A stretch of 64,000 nucleotides of DNA from an uncultured Acidimicrobiia bacterium (lineage in GTDB: Bacteria; Actinomycetota; Acidimicrobiia; UBA2766). This document shows, piece by piece, positions 19,270 to 27,562 of this stretch. The stretch is taken from assembly GCA_964370965.1 (NCBI GenBank), contig CAYJLW010000013.1:5696-69695 (forward strand). Reading direction: 5' to 3'. Numbering within the stretch: position 1 is the first letter of the stretch; each line of letters opens with the position of its first letter. The translations under genes were made by a program, and so were the position numbers. A model generated the notes under the pieces. The model was not told the origin of the DNA. It saw only the letters and a list, made by a program, of their open reading frames with translations, and made no database searches.

Positions 19270-20362
19270 GTCTTCCTCCGCTCTCTCGGCTCACGGCCTC
19301 GGCCTGAGACTCGACATGTTCCATCAGGTCCTTCCACGCCGCGACGAAGGAGGACGCTCCGTCGCTCTGGAGCTGAGCGGCGGTGGCGGCCAAGTCGACG
19401 CCCGCGTCCGTGAAGAGCGCCAGCACGTCGTCGCAGTCGCCCCCGTCGGCAGGAAGGACGTCCCCGACCTCTCCGTGGTCCGCGAAGTCCTCCAGGGTCG
19501 CGTCGGGCATGGTGTTCACCGTGAAGGGGGCCGCGAGCCCCGCCACGTAGAGCGTGTCCGGGGCGGCCGGGTCCTTGGTCGACGTGCTGGCCCACAGGAG
19601 CCGCTGCAGGCGGGCCCCCTCGCCGGCGAGGCGCTGCCATCGATCAGAGTCCTCAAGTCGGCGGTAGGCGCGGTAGGTGTCTCGGCCTACGGCCAGAGCC
19701 AGCCGGTCGCGCAGGTCCGCGGGCACCCGCTCGGCCACGGCCTTGTCCCAGCGCGACATGAACACCGACGCCACCGATCCCACCGCCGGGTCCAGGCCGG
19801 CCCGGACCCGCCGTTCCACGCCGCGCAGGTGGGCGTCGGCCGCGTTGCGGTAGTGGTTGGCGTCGAAGAGCAACGTCACGTTGACGGGGATGCCGGCGGC
19901 GACGCACTCCTCGATCGCCGGCAGGCCTTCGGGGGTGCCGGGGATCTTGATAAACAGGTTGTCCCGGCCGGCCCGCTCGTGGAGCGCGCTGGCCGCGGCC
20001 ACCGTGGACGCCGTGTCGTAGGCGAGCTCCGGGGACACCTCGAGGGAGACCCAACCGTCCACCCCGTCGGTGCGCTCGTGGATCCCGAGGAACAGGTCGG
20101 CAGCCCGTTGCAGATCCTCGATGGCCAGGTCGAAGAACAGTTCTTCGCCCGAGCGTCCGGCAGCCGCGCCCGCGCGGATGGCGTCGTCGTAGGCGCCGGA
20201 GGCGATGGCATGGTCGAAGATGGACGGGTTGGACGTCAGGCCCGTCACCGACTTCTCGTCGATGTAGCGCTGGATCGTGCCGTCGTCCAGCATCGTCCGG
20301 GTGATGTTGTCGAGCCAGAGGCTCTGACCCCGCTCGTGGAGGGCGTCCGTCGATTCGGTCAT
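19262..20362 (-). CDS. tal: transaldolase
   Basis: [10 protein letters not shown]...TSNPSIF...FIKIPGT transaldolase blocks. ATG at 20362 behind GGAG. Overlaps the pgi start by 8 nt. Confidence 0.9.
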   Translation of the reverse strand: MTESTDALHERGQSLWLDNITRTMLDDGTIQRYIDEKSVTGLTSNPSIFDHAIASGAYDDAIRAGAAAGRSGEELFFDLAIEDLQRAADLFLGIHERTDGVDGWVSLEVSPELAYDTASTVAAASALHERAGRDNLFIKIPGTPEGLPAIEECVAAGIPVNVTLLFDANHYRNAADAHLRGVERRVRAGLDPAVGSVASVFMSRWDKAVAERVPADLRDRLALAVGRDTYRAYRRLEDSDRWQRLAGEGARLQRLLWASTSTKDPAAPDTLYVAGLAAPFTVNTMPDATLEDFADHGEVGDVLPADGGDCDDVLALFTDAGVDLAATAAQLQSDGASSFVAAWKDLMEHVESQAEAVSRESGGRRR

Positions 20363-20408
20363 GTCCGGCTCCTGTTCGTCTCGCTCTCGTGCCGCGGACT
20401 CGTCCGGC

Positions 20409-22481
20409 TCATGCGCGGGACCGGGCCGTGGTGAGAACCTCCCGCGCCACCTCCGTGACCCGGTCCGGCGTGAACCCGAACCGGACGAGCAAGTTCTTGA
20501 GCGGCGCGGAGGCACCGAAGGTGTTCATGCCGACCACGGCGCCACCGTCACCGACCCAGCGGTCCCACCCCAGAGTCGAGGCCTGCTCGATCCCCACCCG
20601 GGCCGCGACCCCCGGGGGAAGGACCTCGTCGCGGTACTCGACGGGCTGACGGTCGAACAGCTCCCAGCACGGCATGCTCACCACGCGGGCACCGATGCCT
20701 TCGGCCGCGAGCTCGTCCCGGGCGGACATGGCCAACTGCACCTCGGATCCCGTGGCCAGCAGGATCACGTCCGGAGCACCGCCGGGCGCATCGGCCAGCA
20801 CGTAGGCGCCCCGGGACACCCCGTCGGCGGCGCCGAGCCCGGTGCGGTCAAAGGTGGGAAGGGCCTGGCGGCTGAGGATCAGCGCCGCCGGCTCCCGGTG
20901 CAACCCCATGACCACGCGCCAGGTCTCGGCCACCTCGTTGGCATCCCCCGGCCGGAACACCAGGAGGCCGGGCATGGCCCGCAGCGAGGCCACCTGCTCC
21001 ACGGGCTGGTGGGTCGGGCCGTCCTGGCCGACGCCGATGGAGTCGTGGGTGAACACGTGGATCACTGGGATCTCCATGAGCGCGGAGAGCCGGATGGCGC
21101 CCCGGGCATAGTCGGAGAAGATGAGGAAGCCCGACCAGAAGGGTCGGACCTTGGTGAGCGCCATGCCGTTGACAATGGCGGCGGTGGCGTGCTCGCGGAT
21201 GCCGAAGTGGACGTTGCGGCCGCCCGGCGACGCGGGCTGCAGGTCGCCGGCGTCCGCGGCCGTGATCCTGGTCCTGGTCGACGGTGTCAGGTCGGCGGAC
21301 CCGCCGAGGAGCCAGGGGACCCGGCCGGCCACGGCGTCGAGGACCTGGCCGGACGACACCCGGGTCCCGACGCCTGTGGGGTCCGGGTCGAAGGTCGGGA
21401 CGTCCGCCTCCCACCCCTCGGGGAGCTCGCGGCGCGCCATGCGCTCGATCTGATCGGCGAGCTCGGGGAACCGAGCGCGGTACGACTCGAATTGCTGCTC
21501 CCAGTCCCGGCGGGCCGAGCGGCCCCGCTCGCCCATCCCAGTGGCGAAGTGCTCCCGGACGCCTTCGGGCACCCAGAAGTCCCGGTCCGGGGGCATGCCG
21601 AGGAACTCCTTGGTCGATCGGACGTCGGGCCCGAACGGCTCACCGTGGGCCTTGGGGGAGTCCTCGACCGGCGAGCCGTAGCCGATGTGGCTGTGCACCA
21701 GCATCAGGGTCGGCCGCTCCGTCTCGGCCCGGAACGAGTGCAGCGCCCGCTCGACGGCATCGAGGTCGTTGACGTCGGCCACGGTGGTGACGTTCCATCC
21801 GTAGGCCAGGAAGCGGGCTGCCACGTCCTCGGTGAAGGTGATGTCGGTGTGGCCCTCGATGGTCACCCGGTTCGAGTCGTAGATCCAACACAGGTTCGAC
21901 ATGCGCTGGTGCCCGGCCAGCGACGCCGCCTCCGACGAGATGCCCTCCATCATGCAGCCGTCGCCGGCCAGGGCGTAGACGTCGAAGTCGAAGAGCTCGA
22001 ACGCGTCGCGGTTGTAGCGGTCGGCCAGCCAGCGACCGGCCAAGGCCATGCCCACGGACGTGGCCACGCCCTGTCCGAGCGGGCCGGTGGTGGTCTCGAC
22101 GCCGCTGGTCCAGCGGTACTCAGGGTGTCCTGGGCAGTGCGAGTCGAGCTCGCGGAACGACTTGATGTCGGCCATGGTGACCGCCAGGTCGCGGCCGACC
22201 TCGTAGTCCTCGTCGACGGCATGCACGCCCGTGAGGTGCAGGAGCGACCACAGCAGCGCGGAGGCGTGGCCCTCAGACAGCACGAACCGGTCGCGATTCG
22301 GCCAGATCGGATCCGTGGGGTCGAATCGCAGCACCCGGTTCCACAGCGTGTAGGCGACCGGGGCGACGCCCATCGGGGTGCCCGGATGGCCCGACTCCGC
22401 CCGCTGGATCATGTCCATGCAGAGACCGCGGACGGTGTTCACGGACATCTGGTCCAGGTCGGTCGTGACGGCGTCGCTCAT
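20409..22481 (-). CDS. tkt: transketolase
   Basis: 690 aa from ATG at 22481 (MSDAVTTDLDQMSVNTVRG). SEGHASALLWS TPP-binding region and GDGCMMEGIS motif. The 993-aa ORF-track call is an upstream read-through. Confidence 0.9.
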   Translation of the reverse strand: MSDAVTTDLDQMSVNTVRGLCMDMIQRAESGHPGTPMGVAPVAYTLWNRVLRFDPTDPIWPNRDRFVLSEGHASALLWSLLHLTGVHAVDEDYEVGRDLAVTMADIKSFRELDSHCPGHPEYRWTSGVETTTGPLGQGVATSVGMALAGRWLADRYNRDAFELFDFDVYALAGDGCMMEGISSEAASLAGHQRMSNLCWIYDSNRVTIEGHTDITFTEDVAARFLAYGWNVTTVADVNDLDAVERALHSFRAETERPTLMLVHSHIGYGSPVEDSPKAHGEPFGPDVRSTKEFLGMPPDRDFWVPEGVREHFATGMGERGRSARRDWEQQFESYRARFPELADQIERMARRELPEGWEADVPTFDPDPTGVGTRVSSGQVLDAVAGRVPWLLGGSADLTPSTRTRITAADAGDLQPASPGGRNVHFGIREHATAAIVNGMALTKVRPFWSGFLIFSDYARGAIRLSALMEIPVIHVFTHDSIGVGQDGPTHQPVEQVASLRAMPGLLVFRPGDANEVAETWRVVMGLHREPAALILSRQALPTFDRTGLGAADGVSRGAYVLADAPGGAPDVILLATGSEVQLAMSARDELAAEGIGARVVSMPCWELFDRQPVEYRDEVLPPGVAARVGIEQASTLGWDRWVGDGGAVVGMNTFGASAPLKNLLVRFGFTPDRVTEVAREVLTTARSRA

Positions 22482-22489
22482 CTCTCTCC

Positions 22490-23335
22490 TCAAGGGGTCG
22501 AGCCGTTGCCCAGGGTCGGCAGGACATAGCGCTCCACGGCGTGGGCGAAGCCGTCCTCGGCGTTGGACGCGGTCACATGGCGGGCCGCTCGCTGGACCTC
22601 GCGGTCGGCGTTGCCCATGGCGATGCTCATCCCGGAGCGGGCGAACATGAGGATGTCGTTGGGCATGTCCCCGAGCGTGCAGACCGCCTCCGCCGCTATG
22701 CCGAGCGTCTCGCACAGGTGGCCCGCCACTACTCCCTTGTTGGCGAGGGGGTGGGTGACGTCGAGGTAGTAGGGCTGGGAGCGGGCGGCCGACACGTGGT
22801 GGCCGACGAGTTCCCGCGCCTCGCCCTCCACGCGGGCCACGAGGTCGTGGTCGTCGCTGACTCCGACGATCTTGGCCAGGCCGGCGCCGTCGGCCGCGGC
22901 GGCGACCACGTCGTCGAAGTCGCTCACGACCGTGGGCTCGAACTGCACCGTGAAGGCCTCCCGGCCCACGTGGGGCGCGTCGGCGTCGCGGACCAACCAC
23001 TCGGCGCCGCGGTAGATCCAGGCGTCCAGCCCCCGGGATTCGATCAGTTCGAGCACCGGGCGGACGGCCACCTCGGGCAGAGTCCGCTGATCGAGCACCT
23101 GCATGGTGGCATCGACGTAGACACCGCCGTTGAAGGCGGCGATGGGCGCGGTGAGGGCCAGGGGATCGACGAGCATGGCCATGCCGCGGGGCGGGCGGCC
23201 GCTCGTCACCGCGAAGGCGATGCCGGCGTCGTGAAGCCGGTGCACGGCCTCCACCGCTGCGTCGGTCAGCACCTTGTCGGGCGTCACGAGCGTGCCGTCG
23301 ACGTCGGTGAGGACGAGGTGGACCGCCGTCGTCAC
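22490..23335 (-). CDS. HAD-IIB (Cof-type) phosphatase
   Basis: DVDGTL motif I, TSGRP motif II, GDMPNDILM motif IV. GTG start at 23335. Confidence 0.8.
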   Translation of the reverse strand: MTTAVHLVLTDVDGTLVTPDKVLTDAAVEAVHRLHDAGIAFAVTSGRPPRGMAMLVDPLALTAPIAAFNGGVYVDATMQVLDQRTLPEVAVRPVLELIESRGLDAWIYRGAEWLVRDADAPHVGREAFTVQFEPTVVSDFDDVVAAAADGAGLAKIVGVSDDHDLVARVEGEARELVGHHVSAARSQPYYLDVTHPLANKGVVAGHLCETLGIAAEAVCTLGDMPNDILMFARSGMSIAMGNADREVQRAARHVTASNAEDGFAHAVERYVLPTLGNGSTP

Positions 23336-23646
23336 GTCGTTCCCGTCTCGTCGACGTCGCCCACCACGGGACCTTCCTCGGCCTCGTCACCCCAGTCGAT
23401 GAGCCGGTCCACGAGGGTCACACGAACGTGGGCCTCGGCCAGGGCGACGGCGCAGCCCACCCCGGCGAACCCGCCCCCCGCGACCACGACGTGAGTGCCC
23501 GACCGGCGCTCCTCGGCGGCGCCACGGTGGGACTTCACGGCACATCTCCGCCGGCAAGACCGGCCCGACAGGGGCTCATCCGCTCGGTCTCCTCCAGAGT
23601 GCGGCCGCTGGTCTCCGCCGAGATCCGCAGGATCCACACGAGGCAT
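23332..23646 (-). pseudogene. N-terminal fragment of an FAD/NAD(P)-binding oxidoreductase (about 50 aa of Rossmann fold, then a stop)
   Basis: THVVVAGGGFAGVGCAVALAEAHVRVTLVDR is a classic GxGxxG beta-alpha-beta motif, followed only by LIDWGDEAEEGPVVGDVDETGTT*. Its stop forms a GTGA overlap with the HAD start. Confidence 0.35.
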
Positions 23647-23821
23647 GAGGAGTACATGCGGCGAGGACTCGGTACTTCACCGCCTCGCCGGCGGCTCCTT
23701 CGCGAACTGTACCCCGCCCCCGAGGGGCGCCGGACCACTCTCCCGACGGGCCCGGGAGACCGTCGCCCGGCACCCCGCCCATGCGGCCGGCATCCCAGGC
23801 CGACCGTTCCTGGCGCGCTCG

Positions 23822-25627
23822 TCAGATGGGCATCCGATAACCGAAGAACTCCTGGTCCTCGTTGTACCCGCCCTGTCCGGCACCGAGGCGGTCGAAGCTT
23901 TCCACGAGCTCGATGGCCTCGATCCACTTGACCTGCTTGAAGCCGAGCTCGACCTCGTCGCGCAGCCGGAGTGGCGCGCCGTAGGACTCCCCGAGGGGCT
24001 CGCCGTTCATCTCGTAGGCGAGGATGGTGAGCTCGTGGTACATGTTCTCGATCTTGTGGCAGTCGTAGTAGCGCCCGGTGCCGGGGGTCTCGGGGCCTTC
24101 GGCGAAGGAGTAGAAGACGACCCAGCGGGCGCCGGGGAGCGGCTCGGCGAGGGCGAGGACGTCCGACATCGCGACGCCGCCCCACTTGGCGATCCCGGAC
24201 CAGCCCTGGATGCAGTAGTGCTGGGTGACCTGTTCCCGCTTGGGCATGGCCAGCAACTCGGAGTAGGAGAGCCTGATCGGGTTGGCCACCAGGCCCTCGA
24301 TCTTGAGCGTGTAGTCGGCCCAGCCGCCGGCCCGGAGGCGCCTGTACTCCTCGGAGTCGGGAAGGTGCCCGTTGGGCCAGAAGAAGGCCGAGACGTCCTT
24401 CTCGGAATAGGTGGCCCTGGGGTCCCACCACTCCATCAGCCCCTTGATCCAGCCCACCGTCGCGGCGCCGACCTTCTGCACGGTCCGGGGCCTGCGGATG
24501 GTGAACGGGGACGCCGCCGCCCCCCAGGCGGCGCCGACGGGCAACCCCCCCCCGTAGACGGCCAGCGCCCACCCCGAGTCCGTGTTCGTGCCGAGCGTGA
24601 TGTGGTTGAGGTTCCCGACCAGGCCGGTGGCAAAGACCATCACGGTGTGCATGACGACGAAGAACACCATCCATGCCAGCACGCCGAAGTGGATCGTGCG
24701 GGCCACTTGACGATTCAGCAGTCCGGCGCCGAAGCCGAACTTCCCGGCGATCGAAGGCGCCTGCAGGAGCCCCGTGACGAATGCCAACGGCGCCGCGACG
24801 AAGATCGTCAGGAAGTACGCGAGGATCTGCAACCCGTTGAAGCGGGTGAACCCGGTGTTGGCCGGGAAGTCCAGCGACGCGTACTGGATCGCCGCGGACA
24901 GGGCGTTGGGAAACACGTCAAGTGACCGAGGGACCAGCCGTTCCCACTGGCCGCCGGCGAACAGCAACACGAAGAAGATCACGCCGTTGACGAGCCACAA
25001 CAGGTCGAAGCTGAAGTGCCACCAGCGGGCCAGGCCGACGGAGTGGCGAAACCCGGGGATACCCAGCCACCTCGGCAACGCCACCGAGTCGTCCTTTGCC
25101 GTCCACACCTGGGTCGCCTCGGCCGGGTCCTGGCGATCGGCCGGGACAGGGCCCCGGATGCGCAACCATTCACGGCCCGGTCTGCTCCCCGAGTCCAGGC
25201 TCAGGCGGGGGTGGTCGGCCAGGATCTGCAACCCGGCCCGGATGATGAACATCATGAACAACAGGTTGAAGAAGTGCTGCCAGCGCAGCCACCACGGGAA
25301 CCCTCCGTCGACCTCCGGCACGTAGGACCCCGACGTGCCCGGGTACCGGCGGATGAAGTCCCGCATCCAGTCGTAGTGACGCAGCTGCTGGGCCACGGCG
25401 ATCGACAGCACCAACCCCACCGCGACCAACGGGACCAACCACAACGAACTGAGCCACCGCCGACCCACCCGCACGAACGGCACCGTGGCCTTCTGGTCCT
25501 CCATGCCCCCCGCCCAGTCCTCCACCACGATGCGCCCGTCTAACACGCCCTGACGTTCGTGCGGATCGAGCAGCCCCTCCAGACGCGCGGCCTCGGTCTC
25601 CGGATCCGGCTCGGGTGTACCCGTCAT
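23822..25627 (-). CDS. molybdopterin-dependent oxidoreductase (sulfite-oxidase/YedY-like catalytic domain) fused to an N-terminal polytopic membrane domain
   Basis: The N-terminal 400 aa have at least 6 hydrophobic helices. The C-terminal domain has the Moco-oxidoreductase block HYCIQGWSGIAKWGGV...GAPLRL. Confidence 0.75.
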   Translation of the reverse strand: MTGTPEPDPETEAARLEGLLDPHERQGVLDGRIVVEDWAGGMEDQKATVPFVRVGRRWLSSLWLVPLVAVGLVLSIAVAQQLRHYDWMRDFIRRYPGTSGSYVPEVDGGFPWWLRWQHFFNLLFMMFIIRAGLQILADHPRLSLDSGSRPGREWLRIRGPVPADRQDPAEATQVWTAKDDSVALPRWLGIPGFRHSVGLARWWHFSFDLLWLVNGVIFFVLLFAGGQWERLVPRSLDVFPNALSAAIQYASLDFPANTGFTRFNGLQILAYFLTIFVAAPLAFVTGLLQAPSIAGKFGFGAGLLNRQVARTIHFGVLAWMVFFVVMHTVMVFATGLVGNLNHITLGTNTDSGWALAVYGGGLPVGAAWGAAASPFTIRRPRTVQKVGAATVGWIKGLMEWWDPRATYSEKDVSAFFWPNGHLPDSEEYRRLRAGGWADYTLKIEGLVANPIRLSYSELLAMPKREQVTQHYCIQGWSGIAKWGGVAMSDVLALAEPLPGARWVVFYSFAEGPETPGTGRYYDCHKIENMYHELTILAYEMNGEPLGESYGAPLRLRDEVELGFKQVKWIEAIELVESFDRLGAGQGGYNEDQEFFGYRMPI

Positions 25628-25840
25628 GGCGTCCTCCTGGCCAGGCGACCCGAACGGCCCTTCGACGACCTCACCGATCGAGCACCCGGTCTGGGTCGCG
25701 CGCCCTCACCGTCGGCAGACCCGCCCCTCGGTGCGGATCGTCGCTCGCACAGAGCGGCATCCTATCTTCGCCGGTTCCCGCCCGGCCGACACTGCCGAGG
25801 ACCCGTGCCGCCGCCGCCGCCGAAGCCGGGTCCCGCCCGG

Positions 25841-26704
25841 TCAGGCTGGGGACGGCGGCCCCTGCAAAAGAGCCGCCGGCATCGCCGGGGCCCGGCCCTC
25901 GGCGGCGGCCTGCATGCGCTCCACGGCAGCGGTGGCGAGCTCGGAATGGGGGAAGACCCAGAAGCGACCGGAGCGCACGGCGTCGAGGACCTGGGTCGCG
26001 ACGTCTCCGGGTTCGAGGCCGGCGGCGACGACCTGGCTGAGGGTTTCCCGCATCGCCTGGGTGGACCGCCCGTAGGTGGGAGCGGGGCCGAGACGGTCGG
26101 GCCAGTTGCGCTCGGCGTCGGGGAGCCCGGTGTTCACCCAGCTCGGGCACACCACCGAGACACGCACCGGTGACCCCATCAGGGCAAGGTCGTGGTGGAG
26201 GGACTCCGAGAGTCCCACGACGGCGTGCTTGCTCGCCACGTAGGGGCCGAACACCGGCGCGGCCACGACACCGAGGACCGAGGCCGTGTTCACGACGTGG
26301 CCCTCGCCCTGGGCGACGAGACGGGGCACGAAGGCGCTGATCCCGTGGACGACGCCGTAGAGGTTCACGCCCAGCACCCACTCCCAGACGGAAGCGGGGA
26401 CCTTCCAGCTCAGGCCGCCGCCGGCGACACCGGCGTTGTTGCAGAGCACGTGTACGGCGCCGTGGCGCTCGAAGGCGGCGTCCGCCAGCGCCTCCACGGC
26501 GGCGAGCGAGGCGACGTCGGTGGGGACGGCGAGGACGTCGGTCCCGCGGCGGCGGAGCTTTTCGGCGGCCACCGCCAGTTGGGCCTCTTCCACGTCGGCG
26601 AGCACGACCGCCATGCCCTCGGCGCCGAAGCGTTCCGCCAGGGCGTAGCCGATGCCGCTCGCCCCGCCGGTGACCACGGCGACCTTTCCGCTGAGCTCGT
26701 CCAT
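25841..26704 (-). CDS. SDR-family oxidoreductase
   Basis: VTGGASGIG, NNAG and S...YVASK motifs. ATG at 26704 behind GAGGAG. Confidence 0.85.
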   Translation of the reverse strand: MDELSGKVAVVTGGASGIGYALAERFGAEGMAVVLADVEEAQLAVAAEKLRRRGTDVLAVPTDVASLAAVEALADAAFERHGAVHVLCNNAGVAGGGLSWKVPASVWEWVLGVNLYGVVHGISAFVPRLVAQGEGHVVNTASVLGVVAAPVFGPYVASKHAVVGLSESLHHDLALMGSPVRVSVVCPSWVNTGLPDAERNWPDRLGPAPTYGRSTQAMRETLSQVVAAGLEPGDVATQVLDAVRSGRFWVFPHSELATAAVERMQAAAEGRAPAMPAALLQGPPSPA

Positions 26705-26756
26705 CGCTGACTCCTCGTGTGCGGGGGGCCTTGCGTTCCCCGCCGTTCCGTGTGAT

Positions 26757-26770
26757 AGTACTGCAATACT
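26757..26770. promoter_or_regulatory. imperfect palindrome AGTACTGCAATACT in an AT-rich divergent promoter region
   Basis: 12 of 14 positions are self-complementary around a TGCA core. Sits between the divergent SDR (25841-26704, minus) and the ADC-like/molybdoenzyme operon (plus). Local GC is far below the genome average. Confidence 0.4.
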
Positions 26771-26800
26771 GAACATGGATTCATTTTTCGGAGGCACCCC

Positions 26801-27523
26801 GTGACCGACATCTTCGCCATGCCACAGCCAGGGGAGATGATGTGGATCGGCGCCCGCATCCTCGTCGTCGACGTCGAGGTGCACGCCGAGGCGGCCCGCC
26901 GCCTCCTGCCCCCCACCCTGGAGCTGTCCGAGCCGGCGGCAGCCACCCTCTTCGTCGCCGAGTACCCCGAGACTGCCTTCGGCTCCGTCTACAACGAGGC
27001 CGCCGTCATCCTCCACGGCACCGACGGCAAGGGCGAGATCGGCCACTGCCCCTGGATGGTCGTGGACGAGGACACCGCCCTCATCCTCGGCCGGGAGACG
27101 CTCGGTTTCCCGAAGAAGCTCGCCGACATCAGCCTCCAGCTCGACGGCGACCGCGCCGTGGGCACCGTCGTGCGCCGCGGCGAGGAGGTCCTGCGCCTCG
27201 AGGCTCACCTGGGTGGCGTCGAGACCGACCCCGAGCCCATCCTGGCCCGCCGGGGCGTGAACCTCTTCGGCTCGATCATCGGGGGCATGCGCCTCATCGA
27301 GCTCCCTCCTCCCAACCAGGAGATACACGAATCCCGCAGCGCGGAGGCCAAGGTCGTCCTGGGGCGCACCGACCGCGACCCCCTGGGCGACCTCCGGGCC
27401 GGGACGGTCCGCGGGGCCCGCTACGTCCACCTGGACTTCGGCTCCGGCACCGACATGCCCAAGCTCCTGGGCAAGGTCGACTTCGCCTGGAGCCTCCCCC
27501 GGTTCCTCGCCAACGCCCTCTGA
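26801..27523 (+). CDS. acetoacetate decarboxylase (ADC) superfamily protein
   Basis: About 240 aa of a beta-rich protein. Blocks typical of ADC-like family proteins (AAVILHGTDGKGEIGHCPWMVVDED, RETLGFPKK). Called by pattern memory. Confidence 0.65.
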   Translation: MTDIFAMPQPGEMMWIGARILVVDVEVHAEAARRLLPPTLELSEPAAATLFVAEYPETAFGSVYNEAAVILHGTDGKGEIGHCPWMVVDEDTALILGRETLGFPKKLADISLQLDGDRAVGTVVRRGEEVLRLEAHLGGVETDPEPILARRGVNLFGSIIGGMRLIELPPPNQEIHESRSAEAKVVLGRTDRDPLGDLRAGTVRGARYVHLDFGSGTDMPKLLGKVDFAWSLPRFLANAL

Positions 27524-27562
27524 GCGCACCGAGCCACGCTCCCTTCCCCACGAGGCACTGAC

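Noticed and set aside
17028-19307. 759-aa plus-strand ORF antisense to pgi, and 17137-18063 minus
   Set aside because: His/Arg/Gly-rich, no motifs. pgi on the minus strand is unambiguous.
20409-23390. 993-aa ORF-track call fusing tkt with upstream sequence
   Set aside because: Transketolase begins at ATG 22481 (MSDAVTT...). Upstream codons are out-of-frame antisense of the HAD gene.
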